Notes under the pieces: model-generated
Told to the model about the DNA's origin: nothing
Seen by the model: the letters and a program-made list of their open reading frames with translations, nothing else
Databases searched by the model: none
Source: Thraustochytrium aureum
Taxonomy: Eukaryota
Length of the DNA stretch: 49,235 bases
Direction: 5' to 3'
NCBI GenBank assembly: GCA_012862495.1
Contig: BLSG01000016.1
Location: 1 to 49,235, forward strand
Shown here: positions 36,697 to 48,248 of the stretch, one piece after another
Numbering within the stretch: the stretch's first letter is position 1
How the letters are laid out: each line of letters begins with the position of its first letter
Translations under genes and position numbers: made by a program

Positions 36697-38437
36697 TCAG
36701 ACCGCATCGGCGTCAGGTTTCGGCTCTGACGACGCCATTGCCGATTTCCACTGCTTGTAGACCTTTGAGCGCTGGAAACGCGGGAACGAGTCGTTGATGA
36801 GCAGCGTGCGCACCTCTGCTTCAGCGGCGTCAAAGATGCCAATCTGCGGCTTTGGACGCGTCGACATGCGGTTCCCAGCCACCGAAGCGCCACCCAGGGC
36901 CGCAGCCACGGCTCGGCGCACGCTCGAGCTGATATTTATCTCGAGCATGCCGCCTTCGCGGATGAAGCTCGCGTACATGTCGGCGGCGCGCGCGGTGACC
37001 AAAGCGACGGTCGCAGAGGCGTGCTCGGCCTTGTACTGCTTGACTGCGTCCAGAAAGTACATGTTCTCTATGGAAAACTCCGTGGCGAGATAGCGCTCGA
37101 AGATGCGTTTGCCGCGCAGGGTTGAGAGCACGTCGTCGAGCTCGGTGAGGTCTTCCTCGACGTTGGCGATGACCTTTTTGCTACTCGCGTTGATGAAGCG
37201 GCGGCGGCTGCCGAGGCTGCGCGAGGAGGTCGCAGAGGCAAAGCCGGGGTTTTTGTACGTCTTGAGGACCTGCAGCGGGCACTGTATGGTGTGGAGCAGG
37301 AGGATGGCTAGCGAGACGAGGTAGAGCCAGTCGAACTGGCCGCTGGAGCGCAGGTCGCCCGGGTCGACGATGCTGAGCGCGGTGCCGGCAACCACGAGAA
37401 TCGCCACCAGGTAGCACAGGCGAAGCTCCAAAAGGATGCCCATCGGGTCTGCCGTTTTGCGGAGGACGAAGAGCATGGTGAGGCCGACGACAAAGATGAT
37501 CACCGTCTGCACCGTGACGGGACGAAAGTCCCCGCCGGAGATGTAGCAGCCGGTGCAGCCCTTGGCGCCGTAAGGGCTGTCCGGGTCGGCCATGAACACG
37601 ATGATGATGATGGCCGCGATCGCGATGAAAATGAACTCGACGAAGCGCCCGAACGCCTCCGTGGTCGCAAAGTGGAGCGCCTGGCCGGTGCTTGACGATC
37701 GCGACTCGCGGCGGGCCCCTTGCTCNNNNNNNNNNNNNNNNNNNNNNNNNNNNNNNNNNNNNNNNNNNNNNNNNNNNNNNNNNNNNNNNNNNNNNNNNNN
37801 NNNNNNNNNNNNNNNNNNNNNNNNNNNNNNNNNNNNNNNNNNNNNNNNNNNNNNNNNNNNNNNNNNNNNNNNNNNNNNNNNNNNNNNNNNNNNNNNNNNN
37901 NNNNNNNNNNNNNNNNNNNNNNNNNNNNNNNNNNNNNNNNNNNNNNNNNNNNNTGCCGCTCGACACCCTGCAGCAGCGGAGGAAGAAGAGGCGAAAGAGC
38001 GCTTTGGCGCTGCTCAGGTTGGATTTCTTGCGGAACGTCCCAAGGGCGGTTTCGCGCGACTTGTCCTTTTCGTCGACGAGGCGCTGGAACATGGCCGTGT
38101 TGTAGAAGAGGATGAGACGCACGGCGACGGGGCCCGCGCCAAGGGGGACGAGAAGGTACGTGAAGACCAGGTGCAAGTCGCACGGGATGCGGTCGCGGCC
38201 CACGTAGTTGGCTATCCCTGTTGTGACGAATTGCATCGCGCCGCCCACCGCGGAAAACACCATCAGGCCGAAGCTGCGCCGCGCGAGCACTGGGTGGCGG
38301 CGGCGCCTCCACCACCAGGCGATTGTCGCTGGAAAGTAGAGTGCGACGACCGCGAACAGGACCAGCCCAGTGAACCTGTTCCAGTCGTTGAACATAGCAA
38401 GCTCGGCGCGCTGCGGGCACACCTCTTGCTCGGCCAT
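36697..38437 (-). CDS. Seven-transmembrane regulator of G-protein signalling (7TM-RGS); interrupted by a gap
   Basis: RGS box LDDVLSTLRGKRIFERYLATEFSIENMYFLDAV...FIREGGMLEINISSSVR...IFDAAEAEVRTLLINDSFPRF, preceded by ~7 hydrophobic helices with RRRHPVLARRS after TM1, IPC before TM3 and DPMGILLEL before TM6. Confidence 0.9.
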
Positions 38438-39578
38438 CCTGCCGAGGCCTCTGCGCGGCAGGCGCCTTGTGGTCCCACGCTCTGTGTTGCTGGTCGAGCC
38501 TCGTCCCCCGCGTGGTCGTCGCGGTTGTTGGCGCTCTACGCTTGGCTTGGCGTGCCCAGTTTGCAATCACACGCGAGAGAGAGTGATGAGCAGGTTGTGA
38601 GTTCGAGGGCGAGTGATGCGGCGCGTTGTTCAGACCGTGAAAGAAAGGCAGCAGACGCCAGACGCGCGCTTGGTAGAGAGTAGATGTCCGTGTCACTCCT
38701 TGGCCCTGGTGGAAGGGAGGTACTACCTGCACAAGCGATCATCAAACGCTGCGATGTGGCGTGAGTCTGCACATTCAAGTTGGCTGAAGATGCAGTTGAC
38801 CCCAGCTGGCGCCAATTCCATTCGCACCACTCCAAAGCAGGGTCGCGTGTCACACACCCAACATCACCTGTAGGGGCAGGCTGTCCGATTTCGTTGATTA
38901 TTCGGCGCTACAGGTTGAAAGAACGAACAGGAAAAATCATGAGCGGGAGAACATCCGATAGCCTTGCAGCGGCGTCGAAACTCGTGACACACCCGTTGAC
39001 GAGAAAGCCATTCAAAATGGGAGGGGCTTGGAAACAGAATTCTGATTCTTTCACGCTGGAAACATGACGGCTAGTCCAGGACCCCTTCAACGTGAAGGCA
39101 AGGAGGATCCGACCTTGGTGAAGGCAAGGTGCCTCCTCGAAGTTGATCGACTCGACTCATTCACGGTCCCCATTTGCCAGGCCGCATCAGCCCGCCGGGT
39201 GTGTTCTTGCGCAAAAAAGTCCAGTTCCATCGCCGCATTCCAGCGTTTTTTTTCTTCAAGTTGTTCTTCTTTTTTCCGCACCATTGCGGTGGCGCAGACG
39301 CGCAGCGCGCAGTCGCGTGACCACTCTCGCCGAGTGATAAAAATGGCGGGCGCCTGCTGGACCAGTGGAAGCTAGGACTCGCAGGACTCGCTCCTTCCAG
39401 TTGGTGGAAGCAAGGAGGGTGGAAGCGTGGAAGCGCAAAGGCAACAAGTGCCTGCCTACCCCCTGCTTCACAGCGGCTGCCTTGTTGCGAGCGCTGCGCC
39501 TCGTGAAGGAATAGCCTTTTTATGACGAATAATGGGCGATACTCGCCGCATGCGCCCCTATTTCTCGCCTCTCACCCG

Positions 39579-41617
39579 TCAATACGACTCAATAGGCACA
39601 ACTTGCGCCACGCTGCGGGGCTGGCGAGGCAAGGCTCGACTGTCGACCGCCGCTGCCGACGCAGCGGTCAGGTGCCGGATCGAGGTGGCCGAGATCATCC
39701 TCGCGGTCACTTCAAGGGTGACCCGCGACTCGACAAAGAACTGCATTGTCGCCAATGTGCGAGGGTCGTGGACACGGGAAACGACGCTCTTGACCATGAA
39801 AACCAAAACGGTCAACTGGACACTGCTCAGCGTGGAAGAGAGCGAGAGCTCAACTCCAGAGAGAGTTATGGCAGATGATTGTGCGAACTGGAAAGCACCA
39901 GAGATGAGGCAAACGATATGCGCGATGGCCACCAATGCAGCGACCGAGTGCGTCCAACGCACCAGAGACTGCATCTTTGGGTGCCAAGCATCGGTTAGGC
40001 AAAACACCAACGCGTTGGGGATTTGCGCGACGACGTCAAACCAGACCTCTGGCTTTCGCGAGAGCAGACCGCACGCGAGCAGGTACGACGAGTACAGCAG
40101 AAGCGAGTACACGTTTTCGACCTCACGNNNNNNNNNNNNNNNNNNNNNNNNNNNNNNNNNNNNNNNNNNNNNNNNNNNNNNNNNNNNNNNNNNNNNNNNN
40201 NNNNNNNNNNNNNNNNNNNNNNNNNNNNNNNNNNNNNNNNNNNNNNNNNNNNNNNNNNNNNNNNNNNNNNNNNNNNNNNNNNNNNNNNNNNCAGGATTGT
40301 CAGTGGCGCGGAGGCCAAAGTCGCGAAACAATCCAGGTACCAAATCGACTCGTTGCCGGCGAGTCGAAGCAGAAACAACACTTGGCTGGTGACAAAGACC
40401 ACCGAGTAGAGAGCTTGGAAAACCCGCACCTTGCACGCCCAAAAGGCGAAAAGACCGACGCGCTCGCCAAGGGCCAGACACGCAAGTGTCTCTGCTGGGA
40501 CAATTTGAAGCACAGCCTCTTGAAGCGGACGCGCAATGCGCAGCGTGCCAGGCAAGGATTTCTGTCGCCTTCCACGTGGGCCAGCATCCGCCGACCCGTC
40601 GGCTAGAGACCAGATCTCGCGCTTGCTCTGCTCGAGCGCTTCAGTTGTCTGAAGGTTTCGACTCGACAGCATCTTGGCCAGCTGCGGACTCACGCGCCTG
40701 AGCCGAGCTCGCGACGTGAGAAGCGAAAAACAGTCAGGGTTCATGTAGGCTCTGCGCAAGATTGTCACCAGGGTCATCGAAATGTTGCACGACGCTCCAA
40801 AGAAACGCGTTTGCAAAAAGCTTGGTCTCCCACCATCCATACGACGATTCTCCAGTACCGCGCGGAGCATAACGGTTGAGACGACCAGGTGCGAGCAGAG
40901 CGCTGTCACGAACAAGAACATGTGAGCCCGTCTTGCCAACGTTCGCGGAATGATGTCAGCGGAGATTGAACCGAGGAATATTGCAAGGTAAATGGTATGT
41001 CCGCTGCCAAAACCACTGCCAGGGAAGATCTCGCACGACGATATCCATAATAGCACTCCATTCACAGCGCCAAACTGGAACGAGAAGTTTTGCACCAGGT
41101 GGTAAAGTACTGTGATGTTGCAGAGCAGCACATGGGCAACCACGATTGGAACAAACCCGAGCGAAACTATGGCTAGCTGCTCGTCTTGCAGCGCCAAGGC
41201 CAGCGGCCACATGCACTGCGCCACAATAAAAGGAGCCGAGACAAATCCAAATCCCCACGGGCGCCTCAGCGCATAAAAGAGCGCATGTGCGGCTCGAGGG
41301 CCAAACAAGCGCCTGCACACGGTGTCTTTGCTGTCGTAGTGGAAGGGTTCGAGATCTGGGACGAGGACGTACACACGCTTGCTCGGGTTCTCGCCGTCCG
41401 TGTCCTCCGTGTGGACAGTTTTAGACCGACCGTGACGCACGAGCTCGTCCACTTGCGCCAACCTTGCTCGAGTCTCAGACTGCGGCGGCGCGATGCACTC
41501 CGGCTCGCCCGCCACATCTTGCTGCGTCTGCGACGACAGCACAGCAGCAGGTCGCATGGCGCGGCGCCTTGGTTTTGTTGCTCTGCTGCTGCAGCGAGCT
41601 GCATCAATCAGTTTCAT
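39579..41617 (-). CDS. Uncharacterised multipass membrane protein made of two homologous halves; interrupted by a gap
   Basis: Hydrophobic ORFs on both sides of the gap. Paired motifs YDSKDTVCRRLFG / IVPAETLACLALG and ILRRAYMNPDCFSLL / VKSVVSRVHDPRTLATM. Confidence 0.7.
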
Positions 41618-42445
41618 TCGCGTCAAGCCTGGCTAACGGCCCTTTTGTTGCACTTACAATCCACAGATGGAAGGATTAGTGAGAGTACGCTTGCCTCCAC
41701 GCAGCTATCGCGGCTCAATTCCAACGCCGAGCTGTCATGCGACGCACAGGCGGTCAGTGGACAGATGTACTCTACCTATGGGAGTGGCTGCGATTGAACG
41801 GATAGGCACGAGAGTTCCGTTGCCAGCTAGTGAATCGCTCTCTGGCAGGACCTTCCTACCCTTCGTGATCGAGGCCACTCGTGGCTGGGGCGCGCAGGCT
41901 TCAGCTGGTTTTCTCCGGCTGCTCCAATTAGAGGTCGCTTGGTGCAGCTGTTTCGATCCGCGGGTGGCCGATCGTCAACAATCACGGACGCTTCGTTTCA
42001 CGTCTACAAAAACACTCGTCAGGCTCCAGACTTTTGGTTGTCCGTCCGGATCCCACGGGACTGGCCTGGGGGCTCTACCTACTTGAGCACGCGGCCTCCG
42101 TCGCGCCCAGGGTTGCCCCGTCGCTGGCGGCCTAAGGAGGCAGCACTTTTTCCGTTACCGTTATCCGTACCTACTAGAGATGGAGGCACCCGAAATCAAA
42201 CAAACCGGCACCGAGCAGAGTAGAGTAAGTACTCCACCTGGTGTGAATGTTGTGATTGCCATCTTGAAAGAGCAGAAGTGACTGCGGCCAAGCGCATCGC
42301 ACTCCAGGCACAACGCAGATCTGCCGGACCACAGGCCATCGGAAGGTGTCTGAGCTTTGGGCGAAAGAGCTCGGAGCGTTTGCGGGTTCGCCTCGGAGGC
42401 CAGGTTGCATTCCCCCTGGCCATCGCAAGCATCACAGCCCGAAGT

Positions 42446-43483
42446 CTACGCTTGGCGCCGCCAAGCCAAGCATGCCGACACAGTCATGAGCCACAGCGCC
42501 ACGCCGCGCGTGGTGCATGCAGACTCCTGGTCGCGCTCCCCTGCCGCGTCGGCGACATTTGTGGTCTCGTCTGTGCGATCCGGCACCCCCGTGGTCGGCG
42601 ACGTGGTGGGCGATCCCGTCGGAACGGCTAGGTGGATCCCGAGGCGGTTGCGCCCTGTCGCCAAGTCGAACGAGAAGAAGGGCCCCTCTCGGTTGGCGAG
42701 GCGCGCGGCCAAGTTGGGACTTGGGCAGCCCCCCCTGGTAAAGTTTGCGGCGGTACAGGCCATGGGGACCATGACAAGGTTGACCTCGAACGTGCTGCCC
42801 AGGTGCGCTGCAAAGTCTGGAACGGCAAGATCCTCGAGGCGAATCAGGTGCCTCTGGCGCGGAACCCAGTCGCGCGTTGGCGGCCAGGTAGGCCTATCGT
42901 CAAGGCGCACCGTCACGGTCGCTCCCGCGCTGCTCTGCTCGGCAAGGACGAGGAATGCTCTGTAGTTTGCAGGCGAAATCGACCAGCCAATGTTGGTGAT
43001 GGCAAGNNNNNNNNNNNNNNNNNNNNNNNNNNNNNNNNNNNNNNNNNNNNNNNNNNNNNNNNNNNNNNNNNNNNNNNNNNNNNNNNNNNNNNNNNNNNNN
43101 NNNNNNNNNNNNNNNNNNNNNNNNNNNNNNNNNNNNNNNNNNNNNNNNNNNNNNNNNNNNNNNNNNNNNNNNNNNNNNNNNNNNNNNNNNNNNNNNNNNN
43201 NNNNNNNNNNNNNNNNNNNNNNNNNNNNNNNNNNNNNNNNNNNNNNNNNNNNNNNNNNNNNNNNNNNNNNNNNNNNNNNNNNNNNNNNNNNNNNNNNNNN
43301 NNNNNNNNNNNNNNNNNNNNNNNNNNNNNNNNNNNNNNNNNNNNNNNNNNNNNNNNNNNNNNNNNNNNNNNNNNNNNNNNNNNNNNNCTGCCGCCAGGTT
43401 GCTCGGGGAGGCACTCCCAGCCGGTCCCCTCGCGCAGAGCCCGCCAGCGCCAGCAGCGCGGCCACGACGACGAGCTTGCGCAT
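42446..43483 (-). CDS. Secreted or surface-anchored protein with a DUF4832-like C-terminal domain; middle part in gap
   Basis: Signal peptide MRKLVVVAALLALAGSARG; ITNIGWS...TRDWVP...AARLANR...TGRNRLG; Thr/Pro linker; hydrophobic C-terminal tail. Confidence 0.6.
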   Translation of the reverse strand: MRKLVVVAALLALAGSARGDRLGVPPRATWRQXXXXXXXXXXXXXXXXXXXXXXXXXXXXXXXXXXXXXXXXXXXXXXXXXXXXXXXXXXXXXXXXXXXXXXXXXXXXXXXXXXXXXXXXXXXXXXXXXXXXXXXXXXXXXXXXXXXXXXXXXXXXXXXLAITNIGWSISPANYRAFLVLAEQSSAGATVTVRLDDRPTWPPTRDWVPRQRHLIRLEDLAVPDFAAHLGSTFEVNLVMVPMACTAANFTRGGCPSPNLAARLANREGPFFSFDLATGRNRLGIHLAVPTGSPTTSPTTGVPDRTDETTNVADAAGERDQESACTTRGVALWLMTVSACLAWRRQA

Positions 43484-45442
43484 CGTATCGTTCGGGCCGT
43501 GCTTGGTGGCGTGGTGGCAACAGGCCACATGTGAACATTACAGCAAGCAATCCGTCGTCATCGAGCTTGGAAGTGGCCTTTTTTTGCGCGCCGCGTGCAG
43601 TGCTCTCGCTGTTTGCACGCGCGCGCGCACTGGTGTGAGGGCGGCCCGCTGTTCTTGTTCTCTGATGAGAGTTGATGAGAGTTTGGAGGTGATGTGGAGT
43701 CGCCCAAAGCAACAAAGCAAAGCCTACTTAGAGGGGTGGTGCATGTTGCTCTTGATCGAGTATGGACTCACTTCGGCCGTCCAGCTTGGACCGGCGTCTG
43801 CACGTGGGCGCTGCTCGAGGCCGCCGGGCCCCGCGCGGGCCTGCGCTCCCTGGCGCTCGCGCGCCACCAAGTACTTGTCCAGGGGTAGTTGAGGGCAAGT
43901 TGAGGACAGCACTCGATACGTCTCATTCCCTGCGTGTCGAGCGCCAGCCGCCACTGGCAGCCGGCCCGCTGCCAACCTCGGTCGGGCGGCGAAAAGCAAG
44001 CTGTAAAGGACCGGGCGCAGAGATCCCAGCGGCTTGGGCACGGATTTTGGCGACAGGAAGCGCGCGAAGCAAGTCTTCAAGCCTGCAAGCCCACGACCTC
44101 AGCGCCGGCGCGAGCTGGGCACTCGCGTAGAGACGTAGCTAGAGCAGAGCTCTAGCTCTGGAGAGTACTCCTCTACTCAAGGCCATGGCAAGGCGGCCCA
44201 TGAACGAGGCCGGCGACACGCTCGTCAACGTGCACCCTCTGCCTCGAGTTCAACAGCAACGCACCGCAAAACCTTCGGCAACGCCGATGGGGCCATCACC
44301 GAGCAACAACGGTCGCGTTGGCCGTGCAAAGAACGTCGTGGGACGCGCGACACAGGCATCGCTTGCTCGGAAGATCGCCGCTGCCGCAGCAGAGTACTGC
44401 CTGCAGAGTAGGTACCTCCTCTGCTACTCCACACAAGAGAATTCTTTAGCTGCGCCTCTGGGCGGACGGGCCGCCGAAGAAGGTGGAGAGGGTTCCCCCG
44501 ACAACGGCGAGCAAGCCCGACCGGCCGACCACCGTGAGGGGCCTTCCCGACCTGAAACGACGCGCCAAACGCCAGCGGGCAGTCGGGCACCTTGTCGCCA
44601 GAGTGATGGGCCGAACCCCCATCAACCGACAACCGGCTGGCCAGTAAGTAGCCAGTAGCAGTTCGCCTATACGCCAAAGGCCAAGTCGGCCCCGAGAGCG
44701 ACGTCTGCGTGACGGACAGAGACTTGTGGGAGCCTCTCCCCTTGCCAACGCCCGAGCTGCCTCAGCTGCGCGACTGACGGCCCCTGGCGGCCACTGCGCA
44801 AGGAAGAAGCAGCTAGCACTGGAACTTGTTTCGGTGTTCCCCCCAAAGGCGGGGCGGCTCAGACCGACTAGGTACTCTACCTCCTCCTCGGCGCCATGCG
44901 TCGTCGCCAGCGGCGCGCAGAGTGAGGTAGAGTATAGAGTACTGCTATGATGCTCTGATGCTCTATGACTTGCTATGATGCACCATCTTGAGAAAACAAG
45001 CGCGTCGGAGTCAGCCCGACTCGGAGACACCAGCAAACAGCGCGCAATACAACAGCTTCCATCCAGTTTCCGGCTGCCTTCGGAGACGCTCAAGGCAATG
45101 AGGCGCAGGGTCGCCCCACCCACGACGGCAGGCTCTGTGCGGCAGAGTCTTGACCTGATATTGCGGCGTGGGGGAAGGCGCTTGCCACGAGGATCTGAGG
45201 CAAGATCAGGCTAGAGCGGGGCTGGAGCGCCTGTATCCTCGACCGCCTCGCAACACAGCGGCTCAAGAGATGTGTATGGGAGCGGGTCTTTGCGTGTGGT
45301 AGGTGTGAGAAGGTCTTCCGGGTCGTTCAGACCTGCCTGTGATTGCAACACTCCCTCCTTGGCTCGGAGGCAACCAGAGCAGAATGCCACGACGCTGTCA
45401 AGCGTCAACCCCAGCACGAGCGAGCAGCATCCCTCGGATTCC

Positions 45443-45608
45443 TGGCGGCGGCGGCGGCGGCGGCGGCAGCAGCAGCAACAGCAGCAGCAGCAGCAGCGGC
45501 AGCAGCCGAAGTCAGCAGCAGCAGCAGCAGCCGAAGTCAGCAGCGGCCGAAGTCAGCAGCGGCAGCCGAAGTCAGCAGCGGCAGCAGCCGAAGTCAGCAG
45601 CGGCAGTA
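45443..45608. repeat. Compound (GGC)n/(GCA)n microsatellite with interspersed GCCGAAGTCAGCAGC units
   Basis: About 8 GGC units, a run of GCA units and 5 copies of GCCGAAGTCAGCAGC are directly visible. Confidence 0.9.
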
Positions 45609-45950
45609 GCACGCTATTTGCGCTCGTCTGCTGCGGCAGCACAAGGCAGCTGTAGANNNNNNNNNNNNNNNNNNNNNNNNNNNNNNNNNNNNNNNNNNNN
45701 NNNNNNNNNNNNNNNNNNNNNNNNNNNNNNNNNNNNNNNNNNNNNNNNNNNNNNNNNNNNNNNNNNNNNNNNNNNNNNNNNNNNNNNNNNNNNNNNNNNN
45801 NNNNNNNNNNNNNNNNNNNNNNNNNNNNNNNNNNNNNNNNNNNNNNNNNNNNNNNNNNNNNNNNNNNNNNNNNNNNNNNNNNNNNNNNNNNNNNNNNNNN
45901 NNNNNNNNNNNNNNNNNNNNNNNNNNNNNNNNNNNNNNNNNNNNNNNNNN

Positions 45951-47202
45951 AGGACCGAAAGAGGTGCAAGGCCCCGATGATGGTGGGTCGTGCGAAAGGT
46001 GCGCAAGGCTTGGCAAGGCCTGCGTGAGGGCAAGAGAGCCGTGGGCGAAGGACTCGCCTGGCACCCCGCGTGGAGGCGGCAACGACCAGCTCAACACCTC
46101 CTGGCCGGAAGCTCAGGCTTCCATACCTGACAAAATCGCGCAAGCGCACCCTCTGAGCATCCTCAACGCCAGTGGCGACGCCGTCTCGCACGTGATGGCC
46201 GCGCGCGGCATGGCCACCCTCATGCGGGAGCTCGGTCAGACGCAGCCGCCGATCTTTCTGTATTGGCTGTGCCGCTCGCTTGCCACCGAAGGAGTCTCGA
46301 ATTCCAGCGTCTCTGCGCTCCATGCCGCGAGCGCGCTGGCAATGGAGAACAAACTACCGAATTCCGCGCTTGTTGCCGTCCTCACGAGCGCGCTCGAGGC
46401 GTCGCAGCTCCAAGCCTGCGACGCGGCCGTCTCGGCCAGCGTCGCCTCTGGCCCGCCCGTCGCTAGTTTTGTCGAGTGCAGCCAGGGAGGCAAGCGCTGC
46501 GTGCAGGCGAGCGCGCTGTACCTGTCGCTCTTTTCTGCTGCCAACCTGGTCGACGCAGCGGGGGCTCTTCAGGGAAGGACAAAGTGCCCGCTCGCGCTGC
46601 GCGGCTGGCTGCCGTACGTACAGATTCAACCGCACGCGTTCGAAGGCCTCCTAGACCAGTTTGCCAAGAGTGCGCTTTTTGCGGTGCCACAAGGCAACCC
46701 GTTGCGCCTCGACTTTGGCGCCAGCGAGCCTGTTGCGGTAAACGACATGGTTGGCAACGAATACTCGGCGACGCTGTGCTTGCGCGGCATGTACTTTATG
46801 GACGGAGTCGTGGCCTACCACATCGTCACGTTCCAAGACTTGGCCTTGGTGCGCGGCGTGATGCAGCCGGGTCAGCAACAGGGGGCGGTGGCCACGAGCC
46901 GTGGCTCGTCGGGCGAGATATTGCAGCAGGACCGGCAGCCGCGCTCGCCGCAGCTGGCACAGGGCGGTGCGCTGGCTGTGGCGCCGCACGCGACGCCCCC
47001 GCAGACACCCTTGATGCTCTCGACACAGGCGTCGTCGCAGCTTTCAACGCAGGCTCGGGCAACACTCCTTCAGCTCCAATCCCAGCTTCGGCCAGACCAG
47101 CCCCAGCCCACGTTTCAACCCCAGCAGCAACTCCAGCCGCAACTCTTTCAGCTACCGTCAGCTGCGTTTCTGCAGCCGGCGAAACTGCCGCAACAGCATT
47201 AG
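45951..47202 (+). CDS. Putative Zn(II)2Cys6 transcription factor with a Gln/Pro-rich C-terminus; 5' end in gap, probable 1-nt frameshift at 45970
   Basis: Restoring one G gives DRKRC-KGPDDGGS-CERCARLGKAC, matching Cys3 to Cys6 of CxxCx6Cx5-12CxxCx6C. The tail is Q-rich. Confidence 0.65.
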
Positions 47203-48248
47203 CGCGCCCAGCTCGTCGGCATTTGTTTGACCTAGGTATCTATGGATACTCGAGTAGGTAAAGTGACAACTTGAACTTGGACTTGCCTTGTTTAAACCGC
47301 CGCAGGCGTGGCGCCCCCGCTGTACAACAGCCTGCCTGGCGTCTTGGCCGGTGCACCTTCGCATGGCTGCCAGCAACTTAAGCAAAAATGGCAAGGCCAG
47401 AGTAGGGGCCCGGCGGGGTTGGGCCACCAACAGTGTTCCACCCCCGCGCAAAAGCCGCATCGGAGCCCCCAAAGTTTCGTGACATGCCTGGCAATACCGA
47501 AAGCGAGTCGCTCAGCGCTCGCCGCAGCTGGTACAGGGCGGTGGCGCTGCAAGCGCGGCGCCCCCATAGACAAGTTTGGCAGGGGCTCGAGCGCCTTGCC
47601 CTTGGGCGTTGGGCTGGGAGAGCTCGATAATGCAGAGTCTTGTTCGNNNNNNNNNNNNNNNNNNNNNNNNNNNNNNNNNNNNNNNNNNNNNNNNNNNNNN
47701 NNNNNNNNNNNNNNNNNNNNNNNNNNNNNNNNNNNNNNNNNNNNNNNNNNNNNNNNNNNNNNNNNNNNNNNNNNNNNNNNNNNNNNNNNNNNNNNNNNNN
47801 NNNNNNNNNNNNNNNNNNNNNNNNNNNNNNNNNNNNNNNNNNNNNNNNNNNNNNNNNNNNNNNNNNNNNNNNNNNNNNNNNNNNNNNNNNNNNNNNNNNN
47901 NNNNNNNNNNNNNNNNNNNNNNNNNNNNNNNNNNNNNNNNNNNNNNNNNNNNNNNNNNNNNNNNNNNNNNNNNNNNNNNNNNNNNNNNNNNNNNNNNNNN
48001 NNNNNNNNNNNNNNNNNNNNNNNNNNNNNNNNNNNNNNNNNNNNNNNNNNNNNNNNNNNNNNNNNNNNNNNNNNNNNNNNNNNNNNNNNNNNNNNNNNNN
48101 NNNNNNNNNNNNNNNNNNNNNNNNNNNNNNNNNNNNNNNNNNNNNNNNNNNNNNNNNNNNNNNNNNNNNNNNNNNNNNNNNNNNNNNNNNNNNNNNNNNN
48201 NNNNNNNNNNNNNNNNNNNNNNNNNNNNNNNNNNNNNNNNNNNNNNNN

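Noticed and set aside
38780..39500. Short ORFs in a lower-GC stretch between the 7TM-RGS and membrane-protein genes
   Set aside because: No recognisable domain, terminal repeats or transposase motifs.
43700..45440. Several 100-225 aa ORFs in this intergenic stretch
   Set aside because: Low-complexity translations on both strands with no motifs or consistent codon bias.
45343..45655. PolyQ/polyA protein encoded by the GCA repeat
   Set aside because: All frames are open only because of the microsatellite, and no frame can be tied to the downstream gene across the gap.
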